A DNA stretch of 64,000 nucleotides, taken from an uncultured Gemmatimonadales bacterium. GTDB lineage: Bacteria > Gemmatimonadota > Gemmatimonadetes > Gemmatimonadales > GWC2-71-9. Location of the stretch: positions 64,001 through 128,000 of the forward strand of contig CAVSLV010000003.1 of the NCBI GenBank assembly GCA_963728915.1, given 5' to 3'. Below, piece after piece: positions 1 to 10,046 of the stretch (the first letter of the stretch is position 1; every line of letters begins with the position of its first letter). Position numbers and translations under genes: made by a program. The notes beneath the pieces were generated by a model, which made no database searches, had not been told where the DNA came from, and worked only from the letters and a program-made list of their open reading frames with translations.

Positions 1-44
1 GGCGGCAGATAACCCGCGCCTGTCGGGGGAGACGAGGAGGTTCC

Positions 45-614
45 GTGAAGCGTCACATCGAGCTGGCTGCTCTGATCCTGCTGGCGGTCGGGTGCCATTC
101 CAAACCCGAATCCCCGATCGCCGAGCCCCTGGACCAGTTCAACCAGGGGATCAGCGAGTACATGAAGGTGCGGGATCGCCTGGCCGACTCGATCGGACCG
201 GTGGATGAGACCAAGAGCCAGTCGGAAATCGCCGCGCGCGCGGCCGCCCTGGCGGCGGCGATCACCACCGCGCGCACCAGCGCCAGGCAGGGCCAGATCT
301 TCACCACGGATGCAGCGGTGGTGATCGCGACCATCATCAAGGACGAGTATCGCCGCCGGAGCGACAGCCTGACCGCGAGCCGTCAGGAGCAGGCAAACGA
401 ATACCGGGAAGACAACCTCCCGCCGTTCGAGCCCCAGGTCAATCAGCTCTTCCCGACCATCTATCCGCTTCCGACCTTCGACGCCCTGCTGCTCCCCCTG
501 CTGCCCAAATTGCCCGATCATCTCGAATACCGCCGGGTGGAGCATTTCCTTCTGATCCGGGACACCGAAGCGAACCTGATCGTGGATTACATGCCCAATG
601 CCTTTCCCGACTAG
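45..614 (+). CDS. Hypothetical lipoprotein
   Basis: GTG start preceded by GAGGAGG; signal peptide ending in lipobox-like LAVG-C; directly upstream of a phosphoesterase gene. Confidence 0.75.
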   Translation: MKRHIELAALILLAVGCHSKPESPIAEPLDQFNQGISEYMKVRDRLADSIGPVDETKSQSEIAARAAALAAAITTARTSARQGQIFTTDAAVVIATIIKDEYRRRSDSLTASRQEQANEYREDNLPPFEPQVNQLFPTIYPLPTFDALLLPLLPKLPDHLEYRRVEHFLLIRDTEANLIVDYMPNAFPD

Positions 615-1470
615 GAGAATCCCCCTGACCGGAGCGTGGCGGTGGGGCTGGGCGATCGTCGCGGCGACCAGTACGGCCTCGAATCTCCCGGCCCAGCAGG
701 TCACCCTCCCGAAACTGGCCAATGCAGTGCGCTTCGCCGTGATCGGCGACATCGGGACGGGGGACAAACCGGAGTACGAGCTGGCCGCTGTGGTGGCGAA
801 GGCCCGCCAGCAGTTTCCCTTCAGCTTCGTCATCATGCTGGGCGACAACATCTACGGGTCGGAGCGGCCCCAGGATTTCGAGAGGAAATTCAGCACGCCT
901 TACAAGCCCCTGCTCGATGCCGGGATAGAGTTCCACGCCGCCCTGGGAAACCATGACGATCCCAATCAGCGGTTCTACAAACCCTTCGGCATGGGCGGGG
1001 AGCGCTACTACACCTTCAAGAAGGGCAACGTGCGGTTCTACGTGCTCGACAGCAACTACATGGACCCCGATCAGGTGAAGTGGCTCGAAGGACAGCTGTC
1101 CGGCGACAATACTCCCTGGAAGATCGCCTACTACCATCATCCCATTTACACCACGGCGAAGCGGGGGCCGAACCTCGAGCTGCGCCGGGTGCTGGAGCCG
1201 CTGTTCACGAAATACGGAGTCAACGTGGTCTTCTCCGGGCATGAGCACGTATACGAGCGCTTGAAGCCGCAACAGGGCATCAACTACATCGTGGACGGCT
1301 CCGCCGGCAAGCTGAACACCGGCGCGCTTCGACCCGGCGACATCAACGTCAAGACCTACGACGCCGACCGCACCTTCATGGTGGTCGAGGTCGCCGGCAA
1401 CGCGCTGTATTTCCAGACCTTCAGCCGCACCGGTGCGACGGTGGACCGCGGGGCGATCCAGCGGCACTGA
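598..1470 (+). CDS. Secreted calcineurin-like metallophosphoesterase (start uncertain)
   Basis: Motifs GDIG, GDNIY, GNHD, YYHHP, SGHEH. Confidence 0.9.
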   Translation: MPFPTRRIPLTGAWRWGWAIVAATSTASNLPAQQVTLPKLANAVRFAVIGDIGTGDKPEYELAAVVAKARQQFPFSFVIMLGDNIYGSERPQDFERKFSTPYKPLLDAGIEFHAALGNHDDPNQRFYKPFGMGGERYYTFKKGNVRFYVLDSNYMDPDQVKWLEGQLSGDNTPWKIAYYHHPIYTTAKRGPNLELRRVLEPLFTKYGVNVVFSGHEHVYERLKPQQGINYIVDGSAGKLNTGALRPGDINVKTYDADRTFMVVEVAGNALYFQTFSRTGATVDRGAIQRH

Positions 1471-1491
1471 GACGACGATTACCTTGAGGCG

Positions 1492-3486
1492 ATGGGCTCG
1501 TCCCGCCGCCGATTCCTCGAGCAGATCTCCGGCACCCTGGGCGCGTTGGCCCTGGGCCGGCCTTCCACCCGGTCCTCGCCACCGGCCGACTTCGAGGTCG
1601 CACTCCAGAGCGATCTCATGGTGCCGCTGCGCGATGGCGTCCGTCTCGCCACCGACGTCTACCTCCCGGCCCGGAACGGCACCCCGGTCGCCGAGCGGTT
1701 TCCGGTGATCCTGGAGCGAACCCCCTACAACAAGACCGCCGACAGCCGTTCGGAGCGGACCCCGGACGATCCCAGGCCGAAGAGCCGGGCCCAGGTCGCC
1801 GAGTTCTTCGTGCGCAACGGATACGTCGTGATCTACCAGGATTGCCGGGGGCGCTACAAGTCGGAAGGCGAATTCGTGAAGTATCTGAGCGACGGGCTCG
1901 ACGGATTCGACACCTGCAAGTGGATCCTGGCCCAACCGTGGTGCAACGGGAAGATCGGGACGATGGGCCTCTCCTACGCCGCGCATACCCAGGGCGCGCT
2001 CGGCAGCGCCGGCGCGCCCGGGGTGGCGGCCATGGTGCTCGATTCGGGCGGATTTTCCAATGCCTACCAGGGCGGGATCCGTCAGGGAGGCGCCTTCGAG
2101 CTGAAACAGGCGACCTGGGCCTACAATCAGGCGCTCGAGAGCCCGGGGATTCGCGACCATCCCGAGAGGCTGGCCGCGCTCCGGGCCGTGGACATCAAGC
2201 AGTGGTTCGGGAGGATGCCCTGGAAGCGGGGGGACTCACCGCTCGCCCTGGCGCCGGAGTACGAGGACTATCTCTTCGAGCAGTGGGAGCACGGCACCTT
2301 CGACAGTTATTGGAAGCAGCTCGGCATCTATGCCGCGGGTTACTACGACCGGTTTCCCGAGGCCGCGATGGTCCACATGTCCTCCTGGTTCGATCCCTAT
2401 CCCCGCACCGCGACGGAGAACTACCTGGGGCTTTCCCGAAGAAAACGCGGTCCGGTGCGGCTCATCCTGGGCCCGTGGACCCACGGGGACCGGCAGCTCA
2501 GCTACGCGGGCAACGTGGACTTCGGCGCCGAAGCGGTGTTCGACGGGCACGTGGAAGCCGATTGGCTGACCTTCCGACTCCGCTGGTTCGACCGCTGGCT
2601 CAAGGGAGCTGCCAACGGCGTGGATCGCGAACCGCGGGTCCGCATCTTCGTGATGGGCGGCGGCTCGGGCCGGAAGAACCCGGCGGGCCGCCTCGATCAT
2701 GGCGGGCATTGGCGCGCCGAAACGGACTGGCCCCTTCCCGGGACGCAGTGGACTCCGTACTACCTGCATGCCGACGGCCTTCTTTCTTCTTCCCTTCCGG
2801 AAAAAGCCGAATCGTTTCGCGAGTATCGTTACGATCCCGCCCACCCGGTCCCCACGGTCGGGGGAACCATCACTTCGGGCCAGCCGGTCATGGTGGGCGG
2901 CGGGTTCGATCAGCGGGAAGGACCGGCCTTCTTCGGATCGCGGGCGCCCTGGGCTCCGCTGGCCGACCGGCCCGACGTCCTGGTCTTCCAGACGCCGCCG
3001 CTGGGCGAAGTGCTCGAGCTCACCGGGCCGCTCCGGGTGAATCTGTGGATTTCCTCGGATGGTCCCGACACCGACTTCACCGCGAAGTTGATCGACGTGT
3101 ATCCGCCGGGGCCCGACTATCCCGACGGATATGCCATGAATCTCACGGACGGTATCCTGCGGGCGCGCTACCGGAAGTCATGGGAACGCCCCGAGCTGAT
3201 GCAGCCCGGGGCGGTGTATCCGGTGACCATCGACGCCTTCCCGACCAGCAACCTGTTCCAGCCGGGTCACCGGATCCGGCTGGACATTTCCAGCAGCAAC
3301 TTTCCCCACTTCGATGCCAACCCCAACACCGGCGAGCCGGAGGGGTGGAACACGCGAGTCCGGATCGCCACCAACCGCGTGTACCTGGATCGCGCCAGGC
3401 CGTCCCACGCGGTCCTCCCGGTGATTCCCGCTAACCGCCCAGGCTCGCGGGGGGCGGCACCACCTCGTCCTCCGGCGGGGCGGTGA
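1492..3486 (+). CDS. CocE/NonD family hydrolase (peptidase S15-like), Tat-exported
   Basis: SRRRFL twin-arginine signal; DGVRLATDVYLP, RTPYNK, QDCRGRYKSEG, GLSYAA nucleophile motif, GPWTH, C-terminal ISSSNFPHFD. Confidence 0.92.
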   Translation: MGSSRRRFLEQISGTLGALALGRPSTRSSPPADFEVALQSDLMVPLRDGVRLATDVYLPARNGTPVAERFPVILERTPYNKTADSRSERTPDDPRPKSRAQVAEFFVRNGYVVIYQDCRGRYKSEGEFVKYLSDGLDGFDTCKWILAQPWCNGKIGTMGLSYAAHTQGALGSAGAPGVAAMVLDSGGFSNAYQGGIRQGGAFELKQATWAYNQALESPGIRDHPERLAALRAVDIKQWFGRMPWKRGDSPLALAPEYEDYLFEQWEHGTFDSYWKQLGIYAAGYYDRFPEAAMVHMSSWFDPYPRTATENYLGLSRRKRGPVRLILGPWTHGDRQLSYAGNVDFGAEAVFDGHVEADWLTFRLRWFDRWLKGAANGVDREPRVRIFVMGGGSGRKNPAGRLDHGGHWRAETDWPLPGTQWTPYYLHADGLLSSSLPEKAESFREYRYDPAHPVPTVGGTITSGQPVMVGGGFDQREGPAFFGSRAPWAPLADRPDVLVFQTPPLGEVLELTGPLRVNLWISSDGPDTDFTAKLIDVYPPGPDYPDGYAMNLTDGILRARYRKSWERPELMQPGAVYPVTIDAFPTSNLFQPGHRIRLDISSSNFPHFDANPNTGEPEGWNTRVRIATNRVYLDRARPSHAVLPVIPANRPGSRGAAPPRPPAGR

Positions 3487-3568
3487 GCACGCGGTAGTAG
3501 CACCACGCGGTCAGTCCCCACACGAACACCAGTGACAGAATCATCGTCAGCCAGCCGCCTGCTCTCAT
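3431..3568 (-). CDS. 45-aa single-TM protein, MetS-like small partner of the NSS transporter (not in ORF track)
   Basis: Translated by hand: MRAGGWLTMILSLVFVWGLTAWCYYRVLTAPPEDEVVPPPASLGG; GGAGG RBS; starts 9 nt after the transporter stop. Confidence 0.7.
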   Translation of the reverse strand: MRAGGWLTMILSLVFVWGLTAWCYYRVLTAPPEDEVVPPPASLGG

Positions 3569-3577
3569 GGTCGCCTC

Positions 3578-5197
3578 CTAACCCCCGGCCCCGACGGGAG
3601 ACCCGTCGGCCGGATTGGCGTCGTCCAGGTCCATGCCGCTTGCCCGCCACCGGGTCTGCCCGGTCTTCACCAGCAGGAACATCCCCACGACGCAGACCAG
3701 AATCAATCCGACCGCGAGCTTGGCCCCGAGGGAGCCGAGCGCGGCATTCACCGCGCCCGACAGATTCGACAAACAGAAACCGACGAACACCACCAGCAGA
3801 TAGAGCGGCGCCACCCACTTCATGATGAACCGGAAGATGCGGGGGATGCGGATCGCGGCTCCATCGTGGGCTTCCTTCCAGCCGCGATCGATCCCGAACA
3901 CCCAGGAGAACAGGATGATCTCGATCGCGGCGACGATGAAGATGAGGAAGGTGCCCACCCAGAAATCGAGCGTGCTCCAGAAGGTCCCGTCCTTGGTGAA
4001 CCAGATGGTGAGCACCGAGCCCAGGGTGCCCAGCCCCACCATCGCGGACGTGGACATCCCGTGGCTCGCCCCGGTGGCCTCCTTGATGAACGCCACCGCC
4101 GGCTGGTACATGGAGATCGAGCTGGTGATCGCGGCGAGAAACAGCATCAGGAACCAGATCGCTCCGACCAGGTTGCCGATCGATCCCATGTGGGCGAAGA
4201 CCACGGGGAGGGTGTTGAAGCCCAGCCCGAACGAGCCGGTCTGCACCGCGGCGATCGTCCCCGAGAGGCCGAGGAACACGAACGAGGCGGTGAGGGTGAT
4301 AAGGCCCCCGAAGCCGACCTCGAAGAGCTCGTTGGTCGCGGTCGAGGTGAGACCGGACAGCACCACGTCGCTCTTGGCCCGCATGTACGAGGAGTAGTTG
4401 ACGATGATCCCGAAGCCGACCGAAATACTGAAGAAGATCTGCCCCGCCGCGGCGAGCCAGGTCTGGAAATCGGCGAGCTTCGAGAAATCGGGATTCCACA
4501 TGTAGCCCAGCCCGTTCACCACGTTCTGGTCCGGCATGGCCGGATCGGGAGTCCCCAGGGTCAGCACCCGGATCAGCACGATCACCGCGCAGATCGCCAT
4601 GCCCGGCATGGCCCAGGTGCAGAACTTCTCGATCCCCTTGGAGATCCCCCGGTAGACCAGCAGGATGTTGAGGGCGAAGACCACCGCCCAGCAGATCAGG
4701 GTGAAATGGGAATCGCCGGTAAAGAGCACTCCGTCCTGGTTGGCCCCGGTGAACGCCTGGTAGTAGTGGGCCGAGGTCGCGGTCTGGTCGGCGATCGAGG
4801 CGGCCCGGTCGATGCCTAACCCGCCAGTGAGGAACTTGAGGAAGTAGCCGACCGTCCAGGCCTCGATGAACACGTAGTAGAACGAGACCGCGAGCGGAAT
4901 CAGCGCGGCGATCCCGCCGAGGTAGCGGGCCGCGCTCCCCCGGCCGATGACTCCGAAGATGCCCGGCGCGGAGTGAAAGCCCTTCTTCCCACCGTAGCGG
5001 CCCATGGTCCATTCGGCCCAGCCGATCGGGATCCCGAGGAAGATCAGGGCGCAGAAGTAGGGGATCAGGAAGGCGCCGCCGCCGTTCTGAGCGGCCTGTC
5101 CGGGGAACCGGAGGAAATTGCCCAGCCCGACGGCCGAACCCGCGACCGCCAGGACGACGCCTACACGGGTGCCCCATTGCTCTTGTTCGGGTTTCAT
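3578..5197 (-). CDS. Sodium-dependent transporter, NSS/SNF (LeuT-like) family
   Basis: GSAVGLGNFLRFP, NGGGAFLIPY, GQIFFSISVGFG, FLAAITSSIS; start taken at MKPEQEQWG. Confidence 0.95.
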   Translation of the reverse strand: MKPEQEQWGTRVGVVLAVAGSAVGLGNFLRFPGQAAQNGGGAFLIPYFCALIFLGIPIGWAEWTMGRYGGKKGFHSAPGIFGVIGRGSAARYLGGIAALIPLAVSFYYVFIEAWTVGYFLKFLTGGLGIDRAASIADQTATSAHYYQAFTGANQDGVLFTGDSHFTLICWAVVFALNILLVYRGISKGIEKFCTWAMPGMAICAVIVLIRVLTLGTPDPAMPDQNVVNGLGYMWNPDFSKLADFQTWLAAAGQIFFSISVGFGIIVNYSSYMRAKSDVVLSGLTSTATNELFEVGFGGLITLTASFVFLGLSGTIAAVQTGSFGLGFNTLPVVFAHMGSIGNLVGAIWFLMLFLAAITSSISMYQPAVAFIKEATGASHGMSTSAMVGLGTLGSVLTIWFTKDGTFWSTLDFWVGTFLIFIVAAIEIILFSWVFGIDRGWKEAHDGAAIRIPRIFRFIMKWVAPLYLLVVFVGFCLSNLSGAVNAALGSLGAKLAVGLILVCVVGMFLLVKTGQTRWRASGMDLDDANPADGSPVGAGG

Positions 5198-5222
5198 GGT
5201 CGATGGGTTAGGGTGAGGAAAC

Positions 5223-6542
5223 TTACACCAGCATCCGGCGCTTGAGATACTCGTACTGCCGGACCACCGCCCGGGCGGCGCCCTCGGGCAGCACGTCGAT
5301 GACCCGCACCCCGCTGCCCTTGAGCTCGGCCAGCGCGGCGGACCGGGATTCCAGCAGCTCCTCCGCGGCGGCCCGCTCGAAGGCCTGCTCCACGGTACCG
5401 GGGCGGGCGGTGGCCAGTCGCTCCAGCACCGGATCCCGGAGCGTGACGGCCACCGGGAGGTGGCGGGGGCGGAGGGTTCCCGCCTGGGCCAGGAACGCCT
5501 CGCTGGCGGTCCGGTCGATGACATCGGTCAGCATCACCGTGAGCGCCCGCTTCCGATTCCGCGCCGCGAGGAATCCGAACGCCGCGGGATAATCCGGTTC
5601 GACCAGACGCCCCTCCAGACCCGCGAGCGCATCGAGAACCAGCCGGAGCGACCGCCGGCCTCTCGCGGGGGGCACATAGGCCAGCACCTCATCGGCGAAG
5701 GCGAGCAGCCCGACGTTGTCGTCGTGCGCCACCGCGGCATGGGCGAGCTGGAACGCGGCGTCGATCGCGGATTCGAGCCGGGCCCGGCCTTCGCTCTCGG
5801 CGGTGAGCATGCGCCCCGCGTCGAGGACGATCATCACCTGCTGACGCCGCTCCACCTCGTATTGCCGCGCCATCAGCTTGCCGCGACGGCCGGTGGCTTT
5901 CCAGTCGATCGAACGGGTATCGTCCCCCGGCACCCATTCCTTGAGACTCTCGAACAGGCGGCCTTCCCCGATGCGCCGGAGGTTGCGGAGCCCGGCCTCG
6001 CGGCGCCGTTCTGCCTGGGAAGGGAGGGCCCGAAGCAGCGCGCCCTGGAGGTCGGGATAGACCACGACGGACCAGGGAAGCTCCCGCCGGCCCTGCCGCC
6101 AGCAGAGGCCCAGGGGGCCGAGCACCCGAAGGTCGAGCCGCCCCGCCCGGGCCTTGCCGCGATGGAGCGGGGTCACCACCAGGGTCTCGGCAAAGGATCC
6201 GCGGGGCGGCAGGGTGAGCCTCCGATCGGAAGGCGAGGCGCCGAGAAGCCGGGGGACGTGCTCCATAACCCGCACCGTCGCCGGCCGGGAGGCGCGATTC
6301 TGCCAGCGGTAGGTCACCGGGAGCTTCCGTCCTACCGAGAACGCCGGCGGCGCTTCGCGAGTCACCGGCCAGCTGGCCAGATCCTGCCGCGCCACCAGCC
6401 AGGCATCGAGCAGGAACGCCAGGACCCACAGGATGTCGCCGATCACCCAGGCGGTTCCCAGCGGAGACCACCATCGGCTGAGCGGCGCGAGCACGGCGAG
6501 CCCCGCGGCGACGGCATACCAGCGGCGCGAAGGGAGGATCAT
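5223..6542 (-). CDS. DUF58 (vWA-like) domain protein, MoxR partner
   Basis: FESLKEWVPGDDTRSIDWKATGR, LDAGRML motifs; adjacent to MoxR. Confidence 0.9.
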   Translation of the reverse strand: MILPSRRWYAVAAGLAVLAPLSRWWSPLGTAWVIGDILWVLAFLLDAWLVARQDLASWPVTREAPPAFSVGRKLPVTYRWQNRASRPATVRVMEHVPRLLGASPSDRRLTLPPRGSFAETLVVTPLHRGKARAGRLDLRVLGPLGLCWRQGRRELPWSVVVYPDLQGALLRALPSQAERRREAGLRNLRRIGEGRLFESLKEWVPGDDTRSIDWKATGRRGKLMARQYEVERRQQVMIVLDAGRMLTAESEGRARLESAIDAAFQLAHAAVAHDDNVGLLAFADEVLAYVPPARGRRSLRLVLDALAGLEGRLVEPDYPAAFGFLAARNRKRALTVMLTDVIDRTASEAFLAQAGTLRPRHLPVAVTLRDPVLERLATARPGTVEQAFERAAAEELLESRSAALAELKGSGVRVIDVLPEGAARAVVRQYEYLKRRMLV

Positions 6543-7522
6543 GGATGGGGCGCCGCGATCCGCTCGATCAGGGTCTGGAGCGCGGCATCGGCGGTCACCC
6601 CTTCGAGCTCGAGCTCGGGGGCCACCACCACTCGATGACGAAGCACCGCGACCACCAGGCCTTTCACGTCGTCGGGAATCACGTAGTCCCGGCCATCGAG
6701 CAGCGCAGCCGCCTGGGAAAGCTTGAGGAGACCCACACTGGCGCGGGGCGAAGCCCCCAGGGTGAGAATCGGCGCCCCCCGAGTGGCCCGCACCAGGGCG
6801 GTGACGTACTCCACCAGGCTCGGCTCGACCCGAACCTGCCGCGCCGCCGCGCGAAGCCGCTCCAGTCCGCCGGCATCGAGCACGCGGGTGATGCCGAAGC
6901 TCGCCGTTTCGGTGGAATCGAACCCGCTCAGCACGCTGTCCAGCACCCGTTGCTCGGTGTCGCTCTCGGGATACTCCAGCGTGCTCTTGAGCAGGAAGCG
7001 GTCGAGCTCGGCTTCCGGCAGGGGGTAGGTCCCTTCGAATTCGATCGGGTTCTGGGTGGCGAACACCGTGAAGCTCGCGGTCATGGGATGGCCTTCGCCA
7101 TCCACCGTCACGCTGCGTTCCTCCATCGCCTCGAGCAGGGCGGCCTGAGTCTTCGCGGGCGCCCGGTTGATCTCGTCGGCGAGGACCAGGTCGGCGAAGA
7201 TCGGACCGGGCCGGAAGGTGAAGCCTCCCTGCCCGGTCAGGATGTTGACTCCGGTGATGTCCGAGGGCATCAAGTCGGGAGTGAACTGAATCCGCCGGAA
7301 ATTGAGCCCCAGCGCTTCATTGAGCGCCCGGACCATCAGCGTCTTGGCGGTCCCGGGCGGACCTTCGAGCAGGACGTGTCCCCGCGCGATCAGGGCAAGC
7401 ACCGCTTCGTGCAGGACCGCCTCCTGACCGAGCACGACGCGCCGGAGCTCGCCGAGGACCCGGTTCGCGGCCCCGGCGGCGTCACGGACTTCTTCGGGAC
7501 TCAATGCTTGAGTTCCTGCCAC
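6539..7522 (-). CDS. moxR: MoxR family AAA+ ATPase
   Basis: GHVLLEGPPGTAKT, RIQFTPDLMPSDITG, LADEINRAPAKTQAALLEAMEE, ATQNPIEFEGTYPLPEAELDRF; start at GTG 7522 is an estimate. Confidence 0.95.
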   Translation of the reverse strand: MAGTQALSPEEVRDAAGAANRVLGELRRVVLGQEAVLHEAVLALIARGHVLLEGPPGTAKTLMVRALNEALGLNFRRIQFTPDLMPSDITGVNILTGQGGFTFRPGPIFADLVLADEINRAPAKTQAALLEAMEERSVTVDGEGHPMTASFTVFATQNPIEFEGTYPLPEAELDRFLLKSTLEYPESDTEQRVLDSVLSGFDSTETASFGITRVLDAGGLERLRAAARQVRVEPSLVEYVTALVRATRGAPILTLGASPRASVGLLKLSQAAALLDGRDYVIPDDVKGLVVAVLRHRVVVAPELELEGVTADAALQTLIERIAAPHP

Positions 7523-8688
7523 AGATCCTCCACCGCAAGGGCGGCCAGACGGACGTTGCGCGCGGGCTGCCCCGGGCGGGCGAGCTGTTTGAGGCGGTCG
7601 AGCGGCTCGCTCCGGCGATCCATGCTCTCGAGCCACGACCGCCAGTCACCGGCCGGACGCAGGCCGACCGGGGCAAGACGACGCCGGAGCCCGCGCACCA
7701 TCGCCCCGATCGCTTCGTCGTGACCGCCCGCCGCGGAGAGCGCGGTGGCCAGCGCGTCCACGTGTTCCAGCGGAGAGCGGCGGATCCGGGTGATCGCGCG
7801 GATCGCCGGCCCGAATCGCACCGCCCCGAAGAGAAGCGCGATCACCCCGACCAGCGCGAGCTGCCAGACCGCCCATCCCCAGGGAGAGCGCCGGCTCCAC
7901 GCCAGCGTGGCTCCGGCCAGCGAGCCGCTCGCCCCGAAACCGTGATGATACTCCTCGAAGATCACCTCGCGATAGGATCGGGTCAGCAGCCCGAGGACGA
8001 ACGGGCCGGCGCTGCTGCGGCGGAGAGCTCGATTGCGGAACGGGGCGGCATCGCTGAACAGGAACACCCGCCGGCCGGTCGCCAGGGTGAGCCGCACCGC
8101 GGCCAGATCGTCCCGCTCGGTCCGGAGCAGCACCGACCGTCCCGCGATCACCGGCACCTGACACCCAAAACGACCGATGTCTTCCAGCCGGCTCGAGTCC
8201 ACCACTTCCCGCTCCCCGGTCCGGACCAGGGCGCGAGCGACCTGGGCGTCGTTGGCGTCGGGCTCCCGTCCTGGAGGAGCGACTCGCATGGAGTCGGCCA
8301 GGGGTTCCGTGCGATACCCGAAGCAGCGCATCAGGGGAGTGGCTCCCGCGCCGGCGAGCAGCACGTCGCTCCGCCCGGCGAACTGGAGCACCTCGCCGAT
8401 TTCCGGAGGTGAGAACTCCACCGTGGGATCCAGGATCACCAGGATCCGGGGAAGCGAGTCCGCGAGGCGGTCGAGATGGATCGGCCGCTCGCGGAAGCGG
8501 CGGACCGTGAGCCCGAGGCGCTGGGTCGCTTCCAGCAGGGCCCGGGCCCCTTCGGGACTGGCGAGAAAGGTGGACGGCCGGACGTCGAGCTCCGGCTCCT
8601 CTCCGCTGGAGCGGCCCACCAGGGTTCCGATCGCGGCCACCCCGAAGAGCAGGCAGAGCGCCAGCAGTGCTTCAGAGCGCGGGCGCAT
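7501..8688 (-). CDS. DUF4350-like membrane-anchored protein
   Basis: N-terminal TM, PSTF...G.RAL, FEEYHHGF, C-terminal TM then RFGP; position in MoxR operon; start at MRPRSEALL. Confidence 0.75.
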   Translation of the reverse strand: MRPRSEALLALCLLFGVAAIGTLVGRSSGEEPELDVRPSTFLASPEGARALLEATQRLGLTVRRFRERPIHLDRLADSLPRILVILDPTVEFSPPEIGEVLQFAGRSDVLLAGAGATPLMRCFGYRTEPLADSMRVAPPGREPDANDAQVARALVRTGEREVVDSSRLEDIGRFGCQVPVIAGRSVLLRTERDDLAAVRLTLATGRRVFLFSDAAPFRNRALRRSSAGPFVLGLLTRSYREVIFEEYHHGFGASGSLAGATLAWSRRSPWGWAVWQLALVGVIALLFGAVRFGPAIRAITRIRRSPLEHVDALATALSAAGGHDEAIGAMVRGLRRRLAPVGLRPAGDWRSWLESMDRRSEPLDRLKQLARPGQPARNVRLAALAVEDLWQELKH

Positions 8689-9268
8689 GACGCTCCTCCA
8701 TAACCCGCTGATGGAAGGCGTCATATTCGGCCGGCCCGCAGGGACGCCGCGCGAACCCGTAGCCGTACAGCGCGCCGACCAGCTCCAGGAGCTCGGCGCG
8801 GAGCGGCGGGCCGAGACCGGGCTCCCGGGTGTATTCCCGGGGCGTTTTCGCCGGATGGTACTTGAGCAGCGCGGCGGCATCGAGGGCCAGGACCAGTCCC
8901 AGGAAATCCGCCTGCATCGCTTCGACAAAGCGGCCCGAGGCGGCGAGTCGGGCCGCTTCCCGCCGGTACCACTCGCGATCCCGGCGGAGCGCGACCGGAA
9001 CGGCCGCCTCACCCGCAGGCGCCGAGGGGCGGATGGTGCGCACCAGGACCCAGGCGGCGTGCACCAGGATCGCCACCAGGACGACCAGCATGGCGAGCAT
9101 CAGGAAGCGGTAGCCCAGCGGGTTATGATCCCGGAGCAGGGTCAGCCAGTGCGCCAGGCCGGCCAGCCAGCGGCGCACCTGGACCAGCGGCTCGGGACGC
9201 TCGGTCCAGCGATAGGCCGGGTCGGCGAACACGCTGTCCAGGACGGCGCGGAGAGAATCGGGGGGCAC
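8672..9268 (-). CDS. DUF4129-like membrane protein
   Basis: One TM; C-terminal HPAKTPREY...YGYGF; operon context; start approximate. Confidence 0.7.
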   Translation of the reverse strand: MPPDSLRAVLDSVFADPAYRWTERPEPLVQVRRWLAGLAHWLTLLRDHNPLGYRFLMLAMLVVLVAILVHAAWVLVRTIRPSAPAGEAAVPVALRRDREWYRREAARLAASGRFVEAMQADFLGLVLALDAAALLKYHPAKTPREYTREPGLGPPLRAELLELVGALYGYGFARRPCGPAEYDAFHQRVMEERHAPAL

Positions 9269-9270
9269 GG

Positions 9271-10023
9271 TCAGGACGGCTCGCTCGCCGCCGCCAGCAG
9301 GTCGAGATCGAACCCTTCCTTCTTGATCCGGAGGTCGTAGTAGAGCAGGGTGATCACGGTGTACAGGTAGGGGTAGACCGCGACCTCCAGCACCGCGCTC
9401 ACCGTTTCGGGAACCGCCGCCGTGGCCGAGCCCCCCGCGACGGCCCACACGGTCATCACCGCGACCCTCGGGACCAGGAGGAGCAGAAACGCGACCACCA
9501 CGGTCCCGAAGACCTGGCCCTTGTACCCCTTGGTGAGCTCCCAGGACCGCGCCATCGCCGAGGTGGCGCGCTCCGGGCGCTCGACCACCATGGCCACGGA
9601 CGCGAGCAGCAATCCGGAGAGCAGGATGAGGCCCGGCACGAAAAGCAGAAAGAATCCGATGCCGACCAGGAGAGAGGTCAGCAGCGACACCACGATGAGC
9701 GGCCAGACCAGCGGCAGCGCCCGGCGGAGGCCCTCGCCCGCCGTCATCCGGCGACCCAGGTAGGCCTCGGAGACGATCGAGGTCGTGGCCGCGACGCCCA
9801 CCGAGTTCATGATCACGGCGAGCGCCCAGTAGCCCAGCGTCACCGGGGCCAGGAAGAACATCTGCCCCGACGCCTCGAGATAGGTGCCGAGGAGCACCGG
9901 CGCGAGGTGCACCACCACGCCGACCACCAGCAGGGTCAGAAACATCGAGCGGTAGATCCCGAAAGAAACGTCGAGGATTTCGCCCAGCGTGAGGGGCCGG
10001 AGCGGAGGGACGGGCGCGGTCAT
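9271..10023 (-). CDS. Multi-pass membrane protein of the MoxR-associated cluster
   Basis: LRPLTLGEILD.SF N-terminus and LLYYDLRIKKEGFDL C-terminus; 5-6 TM segments. Confidence 0.85.
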   Translation of the reverse strand: MTAPVPPLRPLTLGEILDVSFGIYRSMFLTLLVVGVVVHLAPVLLGTYLEASGQMFFLAPVTLGYWALAVIMNSVGVAATTSIVSEAYLGRRMTAGEGLRRALPLVWPLIVVSLLTSLLVGIGFFLLFVPGLILLSGLLLASVAMVVERPERATSAMARSWELTKGYKGQVFGTVVVAFLLLLVPRVAVMTVWAVAGGSATAAVPETVSAVLEVAVYPYLYTVITLLYYDLRIKKEGFDLDLLAAASEPS

Positions 10024-10046
10024 CAGAGGAGTAGATTACTCCGGCG

